Shown one piece after another: positions 1-10,846 of a stretch of 64,000 bases of DNA. Made by a program: the position numbers and the translations under genes. Within the stretch, counting starts at the first letter, position 1, and each line of letters starts with the position of its first letter. The notes below the pieces were generated by a model. That model saw only the letters and a program-made list of their open reading frames with translations. It was not told where the DNA came from and ran no database searches. This stretch comes from Capsulimonadales bacterium (GTDB lineage Bacteria; Armatimonadota; Armatimonadia; Armatimonadales; Armatimonadaceae): contig JANRLW010000064.1 of assembly GCA_033762295.1 (NCBI GenBank), forward strand, positions 32,001-96,000, in the 5' to 3' direction.

Positions 1-2
1 CG

Positions 3-515
3 ATGCAGGGGGCAGGACTCGGACCGGATGACCGTACGGCAATGAGCATTCTTCTGGAGGCGGGAGAGTATACCGAACCGGTGCCGATCGCCCTGACCCA
101 GCAGAGCCGGTCGAACTGGCTGGCAAAGCGGATCGATGCTCTGGACCCGGTGGATATGGCGCGGGAACGGGTGCGGTTGGCGATCAACGAGGCGATTCAA
201 CGGGTACGGGAGGACCGTCTTTGCGTCACCTACTACCGTCCGCATTCCTGGTCGTCGGCATTCCGTCTGGAGATCAAGGCGGAGACGGCGTCGGACCCCC
301 GACGCCTGGAGCGAGTCCTGTCCGCCGTCCGTTCGCAGGTCCTCTCGCCGGAGATTCGGGAGCCGTATCCGCAGTGGGTGGCCGACCGTATGGCGAAGTC
401 GGTGGGCGATGCCCTGATCGCCCTGCGCACGGCAGTCCGGCACGATCTGGCCGACGCGGGGATGGCCGATTACCTTTCGCTGGTCGCGCATTCGTACCGG
501 ACGGAGACCCATTGA
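3..515 (+). CDS. C-terminal part of hypothetical protein, possibly NurA/RNase H-like fold (5' end probably outside window)
   Basis: ORF at the window edge; 'FRLEI...EPYPQWVADRMAKSV' loosely resembles the NurA C-terminal (G)YPxxLxxAH/D motif. Confidence 0.35.
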   Translation: MQGAGLGPDDRTAMSILLEAGEYTEPVPIALTQQSRSNWLAKRIDALDPVDMARERVRLAINEAIQRVREDRLCVTYYRPHSWSSAFRLEIKAETASDPRRLERVLSAVRSQVLSPEIREPYPQWVADRMAKSVGDALIALRTAVRHDLADAGMADYLSLVAHSYRTETH

Positions 516-542
516 CGGGTCTCCGTCCGTAACCGTCCGTGC

Positions 543-1685
543 TTACCGGGTTCCTGCCTTTTTCGCGGTCGTCTTCGTCGGCGACTTTGTTTGGGCGGGA
601 GCGTTCGCCGTCGTCGAGATCACCTGAAACATCCGGGCCGGAAGTTTTGCGCCGGGAACGATCTGCGGTTGTCGGTTGACGACCACGGTCTTGCCGTTCC
701 GGAGGCTGTTCATCCACATCCCCATTTGTTGCGGGTTGTTTTGCATCATAGCCAGTTGCTGCTGGCGATAATCCGCCTTTTCTTTGGCGGTCAGGTCCGA
801 ACCCTTTTGGATCAGCTTGATCAGGTGCCAGCCGAACTGGCTTTTGACCGGTCCGACGATCTCGCCCGATTGCTGAATACCGAACGCGGCTTTCTCGAAA
901 TCGGGGTCCAGCTGGCCTTTCGACATCCAGCCGAGGTCGCCCCCGCTCTGGGCGTTGCTCGGGTCGTCGGACTCCTTCGCCGCGTCGTCCCAGGTTTTTC
1001 GTCCGGCCTTGATATCGGCGAGAAGACCATCGATTTTCGTCTTGGCCTCCTCCTCCTTCTTCTTCTGTTCCTCCGGGGTCAGCGGTTTGCTCTGTTCTCC
1101 CGGCTTCGGAAGTTGAACCGTGGCGGTCAGGATATGCGCCAGGTGCATCTGTCCGTCACGCGTCGGCACCTTTTTTTCGATCGCCTTGGCAAAGGTCTTG
1201 CGACGAAGGATATCCAGGCGAACGCTCCAGCGGATCAGATCCTCATTGAACCCTTCCCGTTCGGCAATCTCCTTGAAGGTCAGCGGAACGCCGGTCGTCT
1301 CCTGCTGGGCGACGATCCGCAGTTTGGCTTCGGCGATCGCCTTGTCGAGTTCCGCCGCCGTCACGGTCACTTTCAGACGTTTGGCTTCCTGTTCGAGGAG
1401 AACGTACTGAACCAGCTGATCGACGATCGGGCGGCCGCCGACCATCTGGAACATGGCAAGCAGTTCGTCCCGCGTGATATTCTCGCTGCCGACACGGGCG
1501 ACGATGTTGGGAGGAAGTTTGGGAGCAGGCTTGGCTTTGGGGCGGTTGACCGGGGGAACGCCACGGGTCGGCGGGGTGGGCGGGCCATGCTGATGATCGT
1601 GGTCGGGCGGCTGTGCCAACGCCGTTCCGAGAAGGGAGTGGGCGACAGCGAGAACACAGGAAACACGAAGGAAGGTGAAAGTCAT
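543..1685 (-). CDS. PpiC/parvulin-type peptidyl-prolyl isomerase (PrsA/SurA-like), exported
   Basis: Signal peptide, SurA-N-like region, HLAHIL, SDDPSNAQSGGDLGW and KSQFGWHLIK rotamase motifs; start placed at MTFTF. Confidence 0.88.
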   Translation of the reverse strand: MTFTFLRVSCVLAVAHSLLGTALAQPPDHDHQHGPPTPPTRGVPPVNRPKAKPAPKLPPNIVARVGSENITRDELLAMFQMVGGRPIVDQLVQYVLLEQEAKRLKVTVTAAELDKAIAEAKLRIVAQQETTGVPLTFKEIAEREGFNEDLIRWSVRLDILRRKTFAKAIEKKVPTRDGQMHLAHILTATVQLPKPGEQSKPLTPEEQKKKEEEAKTKIDGLLADIKAGRKTWDDAAKESDDPSNAQSGGDLGWMSKGQLDPDFEKAAFGIQQSGEIVGPVKSQFGWHLIKLIQKGSDLTAKEKADYRQQQLAMMQNNPQQMGMWMNSLRNGKTVVVNRQPQIVPGAKLPARMFQVISTTANAPAQTKSPTKTTAKKAGTR

Positions 1686-1875
1686 CGTCGGAAAAAGTCC
1701 CTTTCTGTGGGCGGCAACCAACGCGGCCCAGAGGTAAGACAGGAAGATAAGGCGAACATCGGGCAATCAACGGCGGACGGAAAAATCAGGATGCAGGCGG
1801 TCTGCGCATCGGATGGGCGTGTCCATCGGTCCGACACGTACGCCGCGTTATCCTATCGCAGATACGCCGTCAGCG

Positions 1876-2268
1876 TCAAGCCGGGTCCGGGGCGAAGGGG
1901 GGCGAAGTCGCCTGGTGATTACCCGAACGCCCGGAGGAACAAAGCCTTCCGCCATCGATTCGATAGGGCTCGCTATGGTCACCTTCAATCAAAGGCAGGG
2001 GAACGTCTCCGAGCGTCCATATCAGGGAAAGTGCCACGGTATCGGCCTCCGTGAACGTTCCCTGCGACAAAGACCGCTCGATCGAAAGCCCGTCCTCGGA
2101 GAGATGGCGGAGTTCCGACAGATACGCGTATACGGTGCGACGCAGGAGCAACAGCATCGTGCGCGATACGGGGGCCAGGTCCGAGGCATTGTGCGGGTTC
2201 GGTCGTTCGGGCGTCATGGAGGGCATATTCGCTACGGGGATTATAGACGTCCGTGTTGCCCACCGCAT
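1876..2268 (-). CDS. hypothetical protein
   Basis: 130-aa ORF co-oriented downstream of the response regulator; no motif; start uncertain. Confidence 0.35.
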   Translation of the reverse strand: MRWATRTSIIPVANMPSMTPERPNPHNASDLAPVSRTMLLLLRRTVYAYLSELRHLSEDGLSIERSLSQGTFTEADTVALSLIWTLGDVPLPLIEGDHSEPYRIDGGRLCSSGRSGNHQATSPPFAPDPA

Positions 2269-2337
2269 CAGGATTTGTCATATCGCCGACGGATTCTTCC
2301 GACAGACCCGTCGCCGGAAATCCCTGACCGGGATACC

Positions 2338-3006
2338 TTACATCTCTTCGAGCCACCCACGGTCCCGGGCGTACCGGACGATGTCCACCCGACTGTTCAA
2401 ACCGAGTTTTTCGGTGGAGCGGGCTTTGTACGTCTCCACCGTCTTGACCGAGAGGGATAACTGCGCCGCGATTTCCTTGTTGCTGTAGCCGTGGGCAATC
2501 TGACGAAGCACGGCCTCCTCGCGTTCGCTCAGACCGTTGACGGACGCGCCGCCATAGGTCGGTTCCTTCCCGACAAACCCGCTGACCACCTTTCCGGCCA
2601 TGGTCGGATCGAGGTAAACCCCGCCGGCGGCGATGGTGCGAATGGCGCGGATCAGATCGTTGGCGGCGGAACGCTTGATCACATATCCGGTCGCACCCGC
2701 CTTGAGCAGTTCGTGGAGGTAGCTGCGGTCCTCATGCATGGTCAGGGCGAGTACCCGCACATCGGGAAGGTGCTGTCGGATTTCGGCGGTCGCGGTCGCG
2801 CCGGACATACGCGGCATGGTGACATCCATCACGATGATATCGGGGCGGGATTGCCGGGCTTTTTCGACCGCCATCCGCCCGTCGCTGACCTCGCCGACGA
2901 CTTCCATATCGGGCTGTGCATTCAAAAGTGTCGACAGTCCTTCGCGAATCATAGCATGATCGTCAGCAAGCAGTACACGAATTTTCTCACCGGTCGTTTT
3001 CGACAT
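2338..3006 (-). CDS. NarL/FixJ-family response regulator (REC + LuxR HTH)
   Basis: LLADDH, MDVTMP, GATGYVIK; LSEREEAVL...SNKEIA...LSVKTVETY. Confidence 0.95.
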   Translation of the reverse strand: MSKTTGEKIRVLLADDHAMIREGLSTLLNAQPDMEVVGEVSDGRMAVEKARQSRPDIIVMDVTMPRMSGATATAEIRQHLPDVRVLALTMHEDRSYLHELLKAGATGYVIKRSAANDLIRAIRTIAAGGVYLDPTMAGKVVSGFVGKEPTYGGASVNGLSEREEAVLRQIAHGYSNKEIAAQLSLSVKTVETYKARSTEKLGLNSRVDIVRYARDRGWLEEM

Positions 3007-3161
3007 GTTGTTTTCCTTCCCGGTATCGGATCGATGCGGTCGGCCGGTGTCAGAATATCAGGTCATCGGGCGTAGCGGTTCTCTGACAAGCCCACCTCAA
3101 CAACACGGAACCCGTCAAAAAATGTTCCCTCAAATAGCCAAACATCGGGAGCGGGGTCGGA

Positions 3162-4373
3162 TCAGGCCGGCAGGATGGCGGTCAGAGTCGTCCCTAACCC
3201 CGGCTTCGAGTCCACCGTAAAGGTGCCGCCCAGCCCCTCGGCCCGCTCGCGCATCGAATGCATGCCGATCCCCGTTCCCGCGGCTCCGTCCGGATCAAAA
3301 CCGGCTCCGTCGTCGGCAATCGTGAGCGTCACCTTATCGCGATCGCGGGCCAGGCGCACCTCGGCCTGCCTCGCTTCCGCCGCATGTTTGACGGTATTGG
3401 TGAGAGCTTCCTGGACGATCCTGAGAACGGCCAGTTGGGAGGGCGGCGGAAGCGTATCGAGAATCTCCGCGCCCTCCATCTGGATTTCCAGACGGGTGCG
3501 CCTTGCCAGGCGTTCGGTTTCCGCTTGCAGCCGTACGGACGGCGCCGTTCCGTCCTGATCTCCGACCGACCAGGGTTTCGTAAAGAACGTCCAGTCGCGA
3601 ATGGCCGACATCGCCGTTCGCAAAAAATCCGCCTCCTCGCGCAACAGGTCGGCGGTCTGTGGCTGTTGCTCCTTTTCGGCCCGGTGAGCGGCGAACTCCA
3701 GACGGAGCACCGAGGCTGCCAGACTGTTCCCGATGCCGTCGTGCACTTCGCGTGACAGATGGCTGCGCTCCTGCGCCAGGGCAAGTTCGGCGCGCAGGGA
3801 CGCGTTTTCGCGCTCTTTCGCCTCATGATTCAGGCGAAGGCGGCGGGCGACGCTGCTGACCGCCAGAAACGAGCCGATACGCAGAGCCATCTCCGGCAGG
3901 TAGTTGCCCGTAAAACCGGAAAGATCGGACGGGAAGGTTCCGAGTAGCAGGGACAGGATCGCTCCGTAACGGACCAGATACGCCTCGGCGGCCGGAGCGA
4001 GCAGGGTTTCCGCGATCCCGATCAGAAAAATCACCACCCAGAGCGGACTGTGAAAGCCCCCCGTGTAGCGGAGTCCCGCTGCCACCAGAATCAGGTCGAC
4101 GGTAACGAACGTCCAGGAAAAAGGTCGGCGACGTACCCCCTCCGGCTCTCCGGTACGGTCGCGTCGGAACCGATCATAGGAACGGGCAGCCAGATTGCAG
4201 GTTTCCAGCAGTAGGACAATCAGGAAGGGAAAGGTGTCGACCGGCGGACTGTCGGGTACCAGACGGGACGCCGCCAGCATGCTCCAGACCCCGATACCGG
4301 CCAGAGCCAGCCAGTAGACCAGGCTGACACGGGTATTGTTGCGTATCTGTTCACGGGCGGGCAAGGGGACCAT
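3162..4373 (-). CDS. membrane sensor histidine kinase (HisKA_3 + HATPase_c)
   Basis: Multiple TM helices, ERSHLSREVHDGIGN H-box, QEALTNTVKH, IADDGAGFD, GIGMHSMRER. Confidence 0.93.
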   Translation of the reverse strand: MVPLPAREQIRNNTRVSLVYWLALAGIGVWSMLAASRLVPDSPPVDTFPFLIVLLLETCNLAARSYDRFRRDRTGEPEGVRRRPFSWTFVTVDLILVAAGLRYTGGFHSPLWVVIFLIGIAETLLAPAAEAYLVRYGAILSLLLGTFPSDLSGFTGNYLPEMALRIGSFLAVSSVARRLRLNHEAKERENASLRAELALAQERSHLSREVHDGIGNSLAASVLRLEFAAHRAEKEQQPQTADLLREEADFLRTAMSAIRDWTFFTKPWSVGDQDGTAPSVRLQAETERLARRTRLEIQMEGAEILDTLPPPSQLAVLRIVQEALTNTVKHAAEARQAEVRLARDRDKVTLTIADDGAGFDPDGAAGTGIGMHSMRERAEGLGGTFTVDSKPGLGTTLTAILPA

Positions 4374-4579
4374 GGGTGTCGTCCCAAACGGGTGTGTAAA
4401 AGCATCCGAAAACGTCGGTGTGAGAAACTTCTCAGAATCCGGGCGAATTCCGAACGGAAAACTCCGTACTATAGTATATCACTACGCGCCTTCGTCGGCT
4501 TTTGAAATGATGTCGAAGGAGGCGCGCGGCTATGCGGGGGCGCGGACGACGGCTCGTTCGCGCAAAGTGAGGATTTGAA

Positions 4580-5362
4580 ATGTCGCTGCGAACCCATACG
4601 AATACCGATCAGGTTGCCTGGCAACGTTCATTCAAGGAGAATCCGTTCATGGCGGACTCGGAGACGCGCCCCTCCGGCGCGACTCGCACCCTGCTTCTCG
4701 CGGCGCTCATTACGATCGGCCTGTATTTCGTGCCGTACGCGGGTTACGTCACGTATCCGATCCGCCTTCTGGTGACACTGATCCATGAAGGCAGCCACGC
4801 GCTGATGTCTTTGTTGACCGGCGGGTGGGTACAATCGATCTCGATCGAACCGGACGGTTCCGGACTGACCATGTCGTTGTTACGTGGCTGGCTTCCCCAG
4901 GTCCTGGTCGCCTCGGCGGGATACCTGGGAGCGACCCTGTACGGCGCCGGACTGATTTATCTGTTGCGACGCGGGGCGTCCGGTCGTCCGCTTCTGCTCG
5001 GAACGGGAATCCTCACCGGATTGGTGACGCTGGGAATTTTCCTGGGACTGATTTTCACCGGCAACGTCTTCGGGCTTTTCTGGGGGTTGATGATCACGGC
5101 CGGTCTTCTGATCGCCGGGCTCAAACTGCCGAAAGGGACCGCCGGTTGGCTGGCGGCGTTCGTCGGAGTTCAGTGCGTCCTGAACGCCCTGTTCGATCTC
5201 CGAACGCTGTTCACGCTGTCCGTCTCGACGCTGGCGCCGACCGATGCGATGGGTATGGCTCGCCTGACCCTGATTCCTGCGCCGATCTGGGCCGCCCTCT
5301 GGATCATTACCGCCTTCTTTATGCTCTGGTTGGTGCTGCGCCCCGCTCGGTCCTCGCGGTAA
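4580..5362 (+). CDS. M50B-like membrane metallopeptidase
   Basis: TLIHEGSHAL (HExxH), ASAGYLG, TDA motif, hydrophobic throughout. Confidence 0.85.
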   Translation: MSLRTHTNTDQVAWQRSFKENPFMADSETRPSGATRTLLLAALITIGLYFVPYAGYVTYPIRLLVTLIHEGSHALMSLLTGGWVQSISIEPDGSGLTMSLLRGWLPQVLVASAGYLGATLYGAGLIYLLRRGASGRPLLLGTGILTGLVTLGIFLGLIFTGNVFGLFWGLMITAGLLIAGLKLPKGTAGWLAAFVGVQCVLNALFDLRTLFTLSVSTLAPTDAMGMARLTLIPAPIWAALWIITAFFMLWLVLRPARSSR

Positions 5363-5438
5363 TTCGGCGACCGACAGACCGACCGAGTGTTTGGTCACAA
5401 AGTTTGGTCTATTCGGTCATCGGACCATGCGAAAAAGA

Positions 5439-5467
5439 AAAACCCTCGGCATTCGACCGAGGGTTTT
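5439..5467. terminator. bidirectional intrinsic terminator-like hairpin
   Basis: AAAACCCTCGG-cattcga-CCGAGGGTTTT between convergent genes. Confidence 0.65.
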
Positions 5468-5594
5468 ACCACAGCACGTGGAGAGAAAAGGAGATCACAC
5501 GGGGGGATTATAATCGAAATCCTTCTGCTTGGCAAGCCTCTTCGCTCCGTCGTTTATTTGATTTTCGACCATTTGATTCCGGATTTACCACTAT

Positions 5595-6482
5595 TTACCA
5601 CTTCAGAACCGGAGGAAAGTACTCGGCGATCAGGTCCTCGTAGTACGGTCGCAGTTCCTCGACGTTCGGCTTTTCCTGGCTCTTGGAGTACAGGTCGTAG
5701 GGGTTGAAGGCCCGTACCCAGCGCAGCATCTCCCGGTCCTTCTCGTTCGTCAGGTGCGAGTAGGCGTTTTCCTTATGCCAGGGGTAGAATGAATGATAGC
5801 GAAGCATATACAATGCTTCCTCGGGAAGGTAGTCTTTAGTTACCTGGTAGATGTATTCATCATGCCCCCAGGAAAGGTGAACGTTGTCCAGTCCGCACCC
5901 CGGTTCGTAAATTCCGTTTTCCGTTTGATATTCCGGAACAAGGCTGTCCGGATTGGCATCGAAGAAATCGGAGAAAACGATTTTATCGGAGTAGGCGCAA
6001 CCGACCGGGAAAGTATCGCCCACGACGGCCCATTGCGGTTCGCCGTAGAGGCAGAGAATCTTGCCCAGGTCGTGAACCAACCCGGCGAGTACGAACCATC
6101 GCGGATGCCCATCCTTGCGAATCTCCTCCGAGGTTTGCAAAAGGTGCTGAATCTGCGTCAGATCGGTGTCCGGATCACTATCGTCGACCAGCGTATTGAG
6201 GTACTCCATGGCCTCCCAGATGCCCATTTCGCGCCGGTCGAGCGCAAGATATTCGGTCTTCTTCGCTCGCACAAAGTCGACGGTCTGGTACGTATGGTTC
6301 AGGCGATAAAACTCGCGGACGGTCGGTCGAGCCTCCGCTTCATAGTTGCGAAACGCTTCTCTGGGCTTGTTCGGATCGGTAAAGCGGTTTTCCTCGCTTT
6401 CCGTCTCCGGGTAACGTTCCTTCAGCGACTCTTCCCATTCCTCAATGTAGTTGGGAGAGGGAGAAACGGTAGTATCCGACAT
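5595..6482 (-). CDS. inositol oxygenase (MIOX family, di-iron HD fold)
   Basis: [63 protein letters not shown]. Confidence 0.93.
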   Translation of the reverse strand: MSDTTVSPSPNYIEEWEESLKERYPETESEENRFTDPNKPREAFRNYEAEARPTVREFYRLNHTYQTVDFVRAKKTEYLALDRREMGIWEAMEYLNTLVDDSDPDTDLTQIQHLLQTSEEIRKDGHPRWFVLAGLVHDLGKILCLYGEPQWAVVGDTFPVGCAYSDKIVFSDFFDANPDSLVPEYQTENGIYEPGCGLDNVHLSWGHDEYIYQVTKDYLPEEALYMLRYHSFYPWHKENAYSHLTNEKDREMLRWVRAFNPYDLYSKSQEKPNVEELRPYYEDLIAEYFPPVLKW

Positions 6483-6589
6483 GGGCGACTCCTCCGAAAG
6501 AGGTCAGGTGAATGCCCTATTATACGGAATGTGGCCGGGGATGCCAGTTTGTCGAAAAGGGGTTTACACGTAAATTCGGAGCGTAGACC

Positions 6590-8026
6590 ATGACCATATG
6601 GGGAATCCTCACCTTGATTAGCTTCGCCCTCAGCACCGTCGGCGGCGATGCGCAAACACCGACTGGCGACGCGCCCAAACCGGCGCCCGCGCCGACCGAC
6701 ACCCTCGTTCACCTGCGGGCCGACTGGCCTGCTGTTCCCCCTCCGAACGACCCCGACGCGGCAGGCCGCGGCATTCAGCGGACGATGCGTCTGCTCGCGA
6801 CCAGCACCCCGCAACATCGAAACTCCGTCCGAATCCTCTTCTACGGTCAGTCGATTACCGAGCAGAAGTGGTGGGAGCAGGTCGCCGACGATTTGCGGCG
6901 GCGGTTTCCGCATGCCGATCTCGATATCCGCAACCGGGCAATCGGAGGTTTCGCCTCGCAGCGACTGATCCGACCCGCGCAACATGATATCTTCCCCTGG
7001 TATCCGGATCTGGTGATTTTTCACGTTTACGGAGCGGATCAGGAGTACGAGGAGATTATCCGGAATATCCGGACCCGGACGACCGCCGAAATACTGATGC
7101 AGAAGGACCATGTCACCCGATGGCCGTTGCCGGTCCATGACCCTTCCGCCGATAAAAGCGACTGGTGGGACGATCGTATGAACCATCAGCGTCTGCCGGA
7201 AATCGCTGCGAAGTATGATTGCGGTCTGGTCGATGTTCGGGGCGAATGGTTGCGCTATCTCAAAGCCAACGCACTGGAACCGAAGGACCTGCTGACGGAT
7301 GGAGTTCACCTGAACGAACACGGATGCTTTGTCCTGGCGGAGATCGTCAAACAGTACCTGGTTTACCGCCCGGAACGCAAAGCCGACGACCCTCGCGTTC
7401 GGGACGTTGTGGTCGGGCAGGACGTACGCTGGAAGGAAGGTCGCCTGACACTGGACTTTGTCGGTAACCGTGTCGACCTGCTGCCGGGGGCGAGAGGGGG
7501 CGGAGGAAGCGTCCGGATACTCATCGACGGCAAAGCGCCCTCCGCGCATCCGGAATGTTACACGTTCTCCCGCCCCGCTCCCAACCCGTGGGCGTCCCCG
7601 CTGGCACTGGTTCGCGTGGATAGCGTCCGTCCGCTTCTGTCCGAGGATTGGACTCTGACCGTGACGGAGGTAACCGGGGAAAAGGACGATGTTGTCTGGA
7701 GCTATCGGGTCGTCGGCTCGTTGACCGGTGAGGACGGCACGGGCAAAAGCGATGCGGTCTTCGTGTCCGCTTCGGGTCGCGTTCGGATCGAACCGGCGTC
7801 CTTCTTTCGCGGCTTCAATCCGCCGCTGCCAAAGAATCACCGGATCACCTGGCAGTCGTATTTGATGGGGACCGATCACTACCGGTTCGAGCGGGTGGCG
7901 GACCCGGGCCGAGAGAATGCGGTTTTGCTGGCACAGGGCCTGGAGAACGGACCGCATCGATTGGAACTGATCGTCGAGGGGAAAACGCCGGCACCGATCC
8001 GCGCTCTGCGGGTCTACCGTCCCTGA
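6590..8026 (+). CDS. secreted SGNH/GDSL-like hydrolase
   Basis: Signal peptide, LFYGQSIT, NRAIGG, DGVHLN. Confidence 0.8.
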   Translation: MTIWGILTLISFALSTVGGDAQTPTGDAPKPAPAPTDTLVHLRADWPAVPPPNDPDAAGRGIQRTMRLLATSTPQHRNSVRILFYGQSITEQKWWEQVADDLRRRFPHADLDIRNRAIGGFASQRLIRPAQHDIFPWYPDLVIFHVYGADQEYEEIIRNIRTRTTAEILMQKDHVTRWPLPVHDPSADKSDWWDDRMNHQRLPEIAAKYDCGLVDVRGEWLRYLKANALEPKDLLTDGVHLNEHGCFVLAEIVKQYLVYRPERKADDPRVRDVVVGQDVRWKEGRLTLDFVGNRVDLLPGARGGGGSVRILIDGKAPSAHPECYTFSRPAPNPWASPLALVRVDSVRPLLSEDWTLTVTEVTGEKDDVVWSYRVVGSLTGEDGTGKSDAVFVSASGRVRIEPASFFRGFNPPLPKNHRITWQSYLMGTDHYRFERVADPGRENAVLLAQGLENGPHRLELIVEGKTPAPIRALRVYRP

Positions 8027-8028
8027 AA

Positions 8029-8056
8029 AACGCCCCGCCGGATTCGGCGGGGCGTT
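8029..8056. terminator. intrinsic terminator hairpin between convergent genes
   Basis: AACGCCCCGCCG-gatt-CGGCGGGGCGTT perfect 12-bp stem. Confidence 0.75.
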
Positions 8057-8087
8057 GAAACGCGATAAGGTCGAAAGGTTCGAAACT

Positions 8088-8438
8088 TTATTGCCCGTAG
8101 AGGAACCGCTCCTCCGTGATTTTGCCGTCCTGAACGGCATACAGCGCGATCTCCGCGAATTGCGCCACATTACCGCTTTCTTTCTGCACAATCTCCATGG
8201 TGAAGACCACCGCGAAGGAGTCGCCACCGAGAAACGGCCCGGTGACCGAGACGGAGCGAATGTCATTGGCCGCGCCCCATGCCGCGGCTTTGGCATGCAA
8301 CGCATCCAATCCGGTCGCCGTGGCACCGTCGGGTTCGATGCTGCGAGCGTTTTCGGCGAAGAGGGTGGAGTAGGCGTCATCGAACTTGCCCTCACGGCAA
8401 AGAGCGACGAGGGAGCCGGCGATTTCGGAAACGGTCAT
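8088..8438 (-). CDS. SnoaL/NTF2-like protein
   Basis: MTVSEIAGSLVALCREGKF...EIALYAVQDGKITEERFLY; RBS GGAGG upstream. Confidence 0.85.
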   Translation of the reverse strand: MTVSEIAGSLVALCREGKFDDAYSTLFAENARSIEPDGATATGLDALHAKAAAWGAANDIRSVSVTGPFLGGDSFAVVFTMEIVQKESGNVAQFAEIALYAVQDGKITEERFLYGQ

Positions 8439-8522
8439 CTGATTCCTCCAGAAAGGGATATGGGAACACCAGGAATAGACTGCTTTGCAGGGAGGCAACC
8501 CGGAAGGCGGAGCAAAGAAAAA

Positions 8523-8543
8523 GGACGCCCGAACGGGCGTCCC
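8523..8543 (-). terminator. intrinsic terminator after GH44 gene
   Basis: GGACGCCCG-ttc stem followed by a T-run on the minus strand. Confidence 0.65.
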
Positions 8544-8565
8544 TACGATCCTCGAATCGAGACGA

Positions 8566-10581
8566 TCACTGCGCCGTAAACGTTCCGGCGTTGTTATTCC
8601 AGTGATATAACTGCGTCCAGTTGCTGTTGAAGATTCCGATCTTGACCGTGTAGGTTCCGGCCTTCGTCGGGGTCCAATCCCATTTATAGGAGCGAACGGC
8701 GTTGGCGACCAGATTCTGCCCGGCGGCGTATCGCTGGTACACCTTCGCGCCGGCGGCGTCATAGATCTCCATATTGATGATCGACCCCATGCGCGGGGTG
8801 GCATCGTTAGTTACCGTGAGGGTGATGGTCGTTTTCGAATTGATCTTCACGGTCGACGGGTTGGCGACCGCCGAGGTGCCGAGCGTCTGGTTTTGAACCG
8901 GCTGCTGGCCCAGGACGAAGAGGGTGACGCTCTGCGGCGGCACCGTCGTGGTTACCGTGGTTGCCTGGGTCGAGGTATTGACCGACGGCGTCAGATCGGC
9001 GAGCCGTTTGATCACGTTGGCGGAGGTCAACTGGTAGACCTGTACCGCGCCTTTGGCGGCGAAACCGGCCAGATTCAGTGTCACCGGCGTATTGCCCGAC
9101 AGAACCTTGTTGATCGCCATAACCGTCATCGCGCCGTCCCTGGTCCGCTCCGCAGCGAAGGCGGACAGGTTATCCGGGTTGGCGACGTTGGCGGCAACAC
9201 TGGTATCGCCGAAGGTCGATTTGCTGCCGTCGTAGTTCCGGTACATCTTCATCGCCTTGTAGGTCGGTGTCGTGTTGCCCGGAATACCCCACCTGGCCGA
9301 CAGGTTCAGTCCCTCTCGACCGAAGATACCCATGATATCCGCCTGCGTGGTCGCTCCGTTGATATGGTTTTCCGCGCCCCAGTTGTACTCGGTGATCGCC
9401 GTCTGCGTTCCCGGATAGTACTGATTCACCCAGGCGCGAATCCGCGGGATCAACTGAACCGGGGTTCCGATCCAGCTTTCGTCCTTGTAGTTGGGGTCCC
9501 ACAGCGCGCGGGTGGATCGGTTGCGCCGAAGCTGCATCGAGGTCGATACGTCGTTTCCGAACTCACCGCCCTGCGGGTAATAGTGCACCGAAAAGATGTC
9601 CAGAAGCCGCTTGCCGGTTTTCGCCTGATGCTGGCGCATCTGGTCGAGAATCCATGGCATATAATCCCAGTTGCCGTTCTTCGACCGGTCCGGCAGAACG
9701 GACGACCATCCGTTGGTTCCGGCCCACTGCTGATCGTAGCCGCTGTAAAAGAAGCCGCTCCAACCCCACTCCTCCGGCCCGACCAGGATCGCATTCGGGT
9801 CCTTGTCGCGAATGCGGGTGCCGTAGTCGATCATTTTCGATTTGATCTCGTCCATCGTCGCGCCGACCGGGTGCACATCCCGATGGGTGAAATGCCAGAT
9901 ACTCGGTTCGTTATCGTAGATATAGTATTTGACACCGCCGGTCCCGGAGGTTCCGAACCGGGAGATCAGGTGGTTGATCATTCCCTGCTGGAACAGGCTG
10001 TCGGACGGAACGTTGGCATCCAGAGGGTTGTTATTGGTGATCGGCTTGCCCGTGGATTTGAGTATGCCGTTTCCCGCATCCGGGAACCATGAGGCGTCGG
10101 TCGCCGTCTGTGCGCCGTACTTTTTAACGGAGTACGAGGAGAGTTTCGAGCGATTCGCCCCGACCTTGGCGACATACCCGATGGTCGGAACGGTGATCAT
10201 CGGCTCTGCGCCGACGAGCGCCGCGAACGTGCTACGCGTGAAGGTCTCCACCCGTTCGCCCACGTTCCGGCTGTCATCCGGAATGCTTTCGAAATACCAG
10301 TCGCTGCCCCGGTTGTCGGCGTTCTGCTGGTAGTTGTAACGCGTGGCGGCATTGCCACCATTACGATTTATAACGTAGTTTATATCCGCAAGATCGGCCG
10401 TGTTGGCGAAAGCGACCCCGTAAATGCGGGGATCGATCGCGCGTCGGTTCGCTTTGGCATCCACATTGATGTAGGTCGCGGCATTTTGAGCGAAGGCCAG
10501 GGGGCAAAAACCGAGGACAAGAGACAGGGTTCCGGCAGCGCCACGGAAAGCGGACGCCATGTGAGTGTTTCGGAAATACAT
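8566..10581 (-). CDS. secreted glycoside hydrolase family 44 (endoglucanase/xyloglucanase) with C-terminal Ig-like domain
   Basis: GGNAATRYNY, DWYFES, YIYDNEP, GPEEWGW, SVHYYPQ, AITEYNWG motifs. Confidence 0.9.
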   Translation of the reverse strand: MYFRNTHMASAFRGAAGTLSLVLGFCPLAFAQNAATYINVDAKANRRAIDPRIYGVAFANTADLADINYVINRNGGNAATRYNYQQNADNRGSDWYFESIPDDSRNVGERVETFTRSTFAALVGAEPMITVPTIGYVAKVGANRSKLSSYSVKKYGAQTATDASWFPDAGNGILKSTGKPITNNNPLDANVPSDSLFQQGMINHLISRFGTSGTGGVKYYIYDNEPSIWHFTHRDVHPVGATMDEIKSKMIDYGTRIRDKDPNAILVGPEEWGWSGFFYSGYDQQWAGTNGWSSVLPDRSKNGNWDYMPWILDQMRQHQAKTGKRLLDIFSVHYYPQGGEFGNDVSTSMQLRRNRSTRALWDPNYKDESWIGTPVQLIPRIRAWVNQYYPGTQTAITEYNWGAENHINGATTQADIMGIFGREGLNLSARWGIPGNTTPTYKAMKMYRNYDGSKSTFGDTSVAANVANPDNLSAFAAERTRDGAMTVMAINKVLSGNTPVTLNLAGFAAKGAVQVYQLTSANVIKRLADLTPSVNTSTQATTVTTTVPPQSVTLFVLGQQPVQNQTLGTSAVANPSTVKINSKTTITLTVTNDATPRMGSIINMEIYDAAGAKVYQRYAAGQNLVANAVRSYKWDWTPTKAGTYTVKIGIFNSNWTQLYHWNNNAGTFTAQ

Positions 10582-10846
10582 TCGGTACTCCTTGATTGAT
10601 ACGATCCTGTCCGCAGGCTAACGTCAGGATCGGTGCACAAGTGAGCATCAGCCCTAAAGGACGATTCGGGTCTCCGGCAGCGGATACCCGGAATCGTTCC
10701 GGTCGAGGTATATCTTCTCACGAAGATACTGATGCAAAACCATCCGATTGTATTTTCGGGACGACGTGACCTTGAGTGGGCCGTCTTTTTTGCCGGTTTA
10801 GTTTGCGGGTATTGCGTCGCCGGGATGTCCGGGTAAAAAGGAAAAG

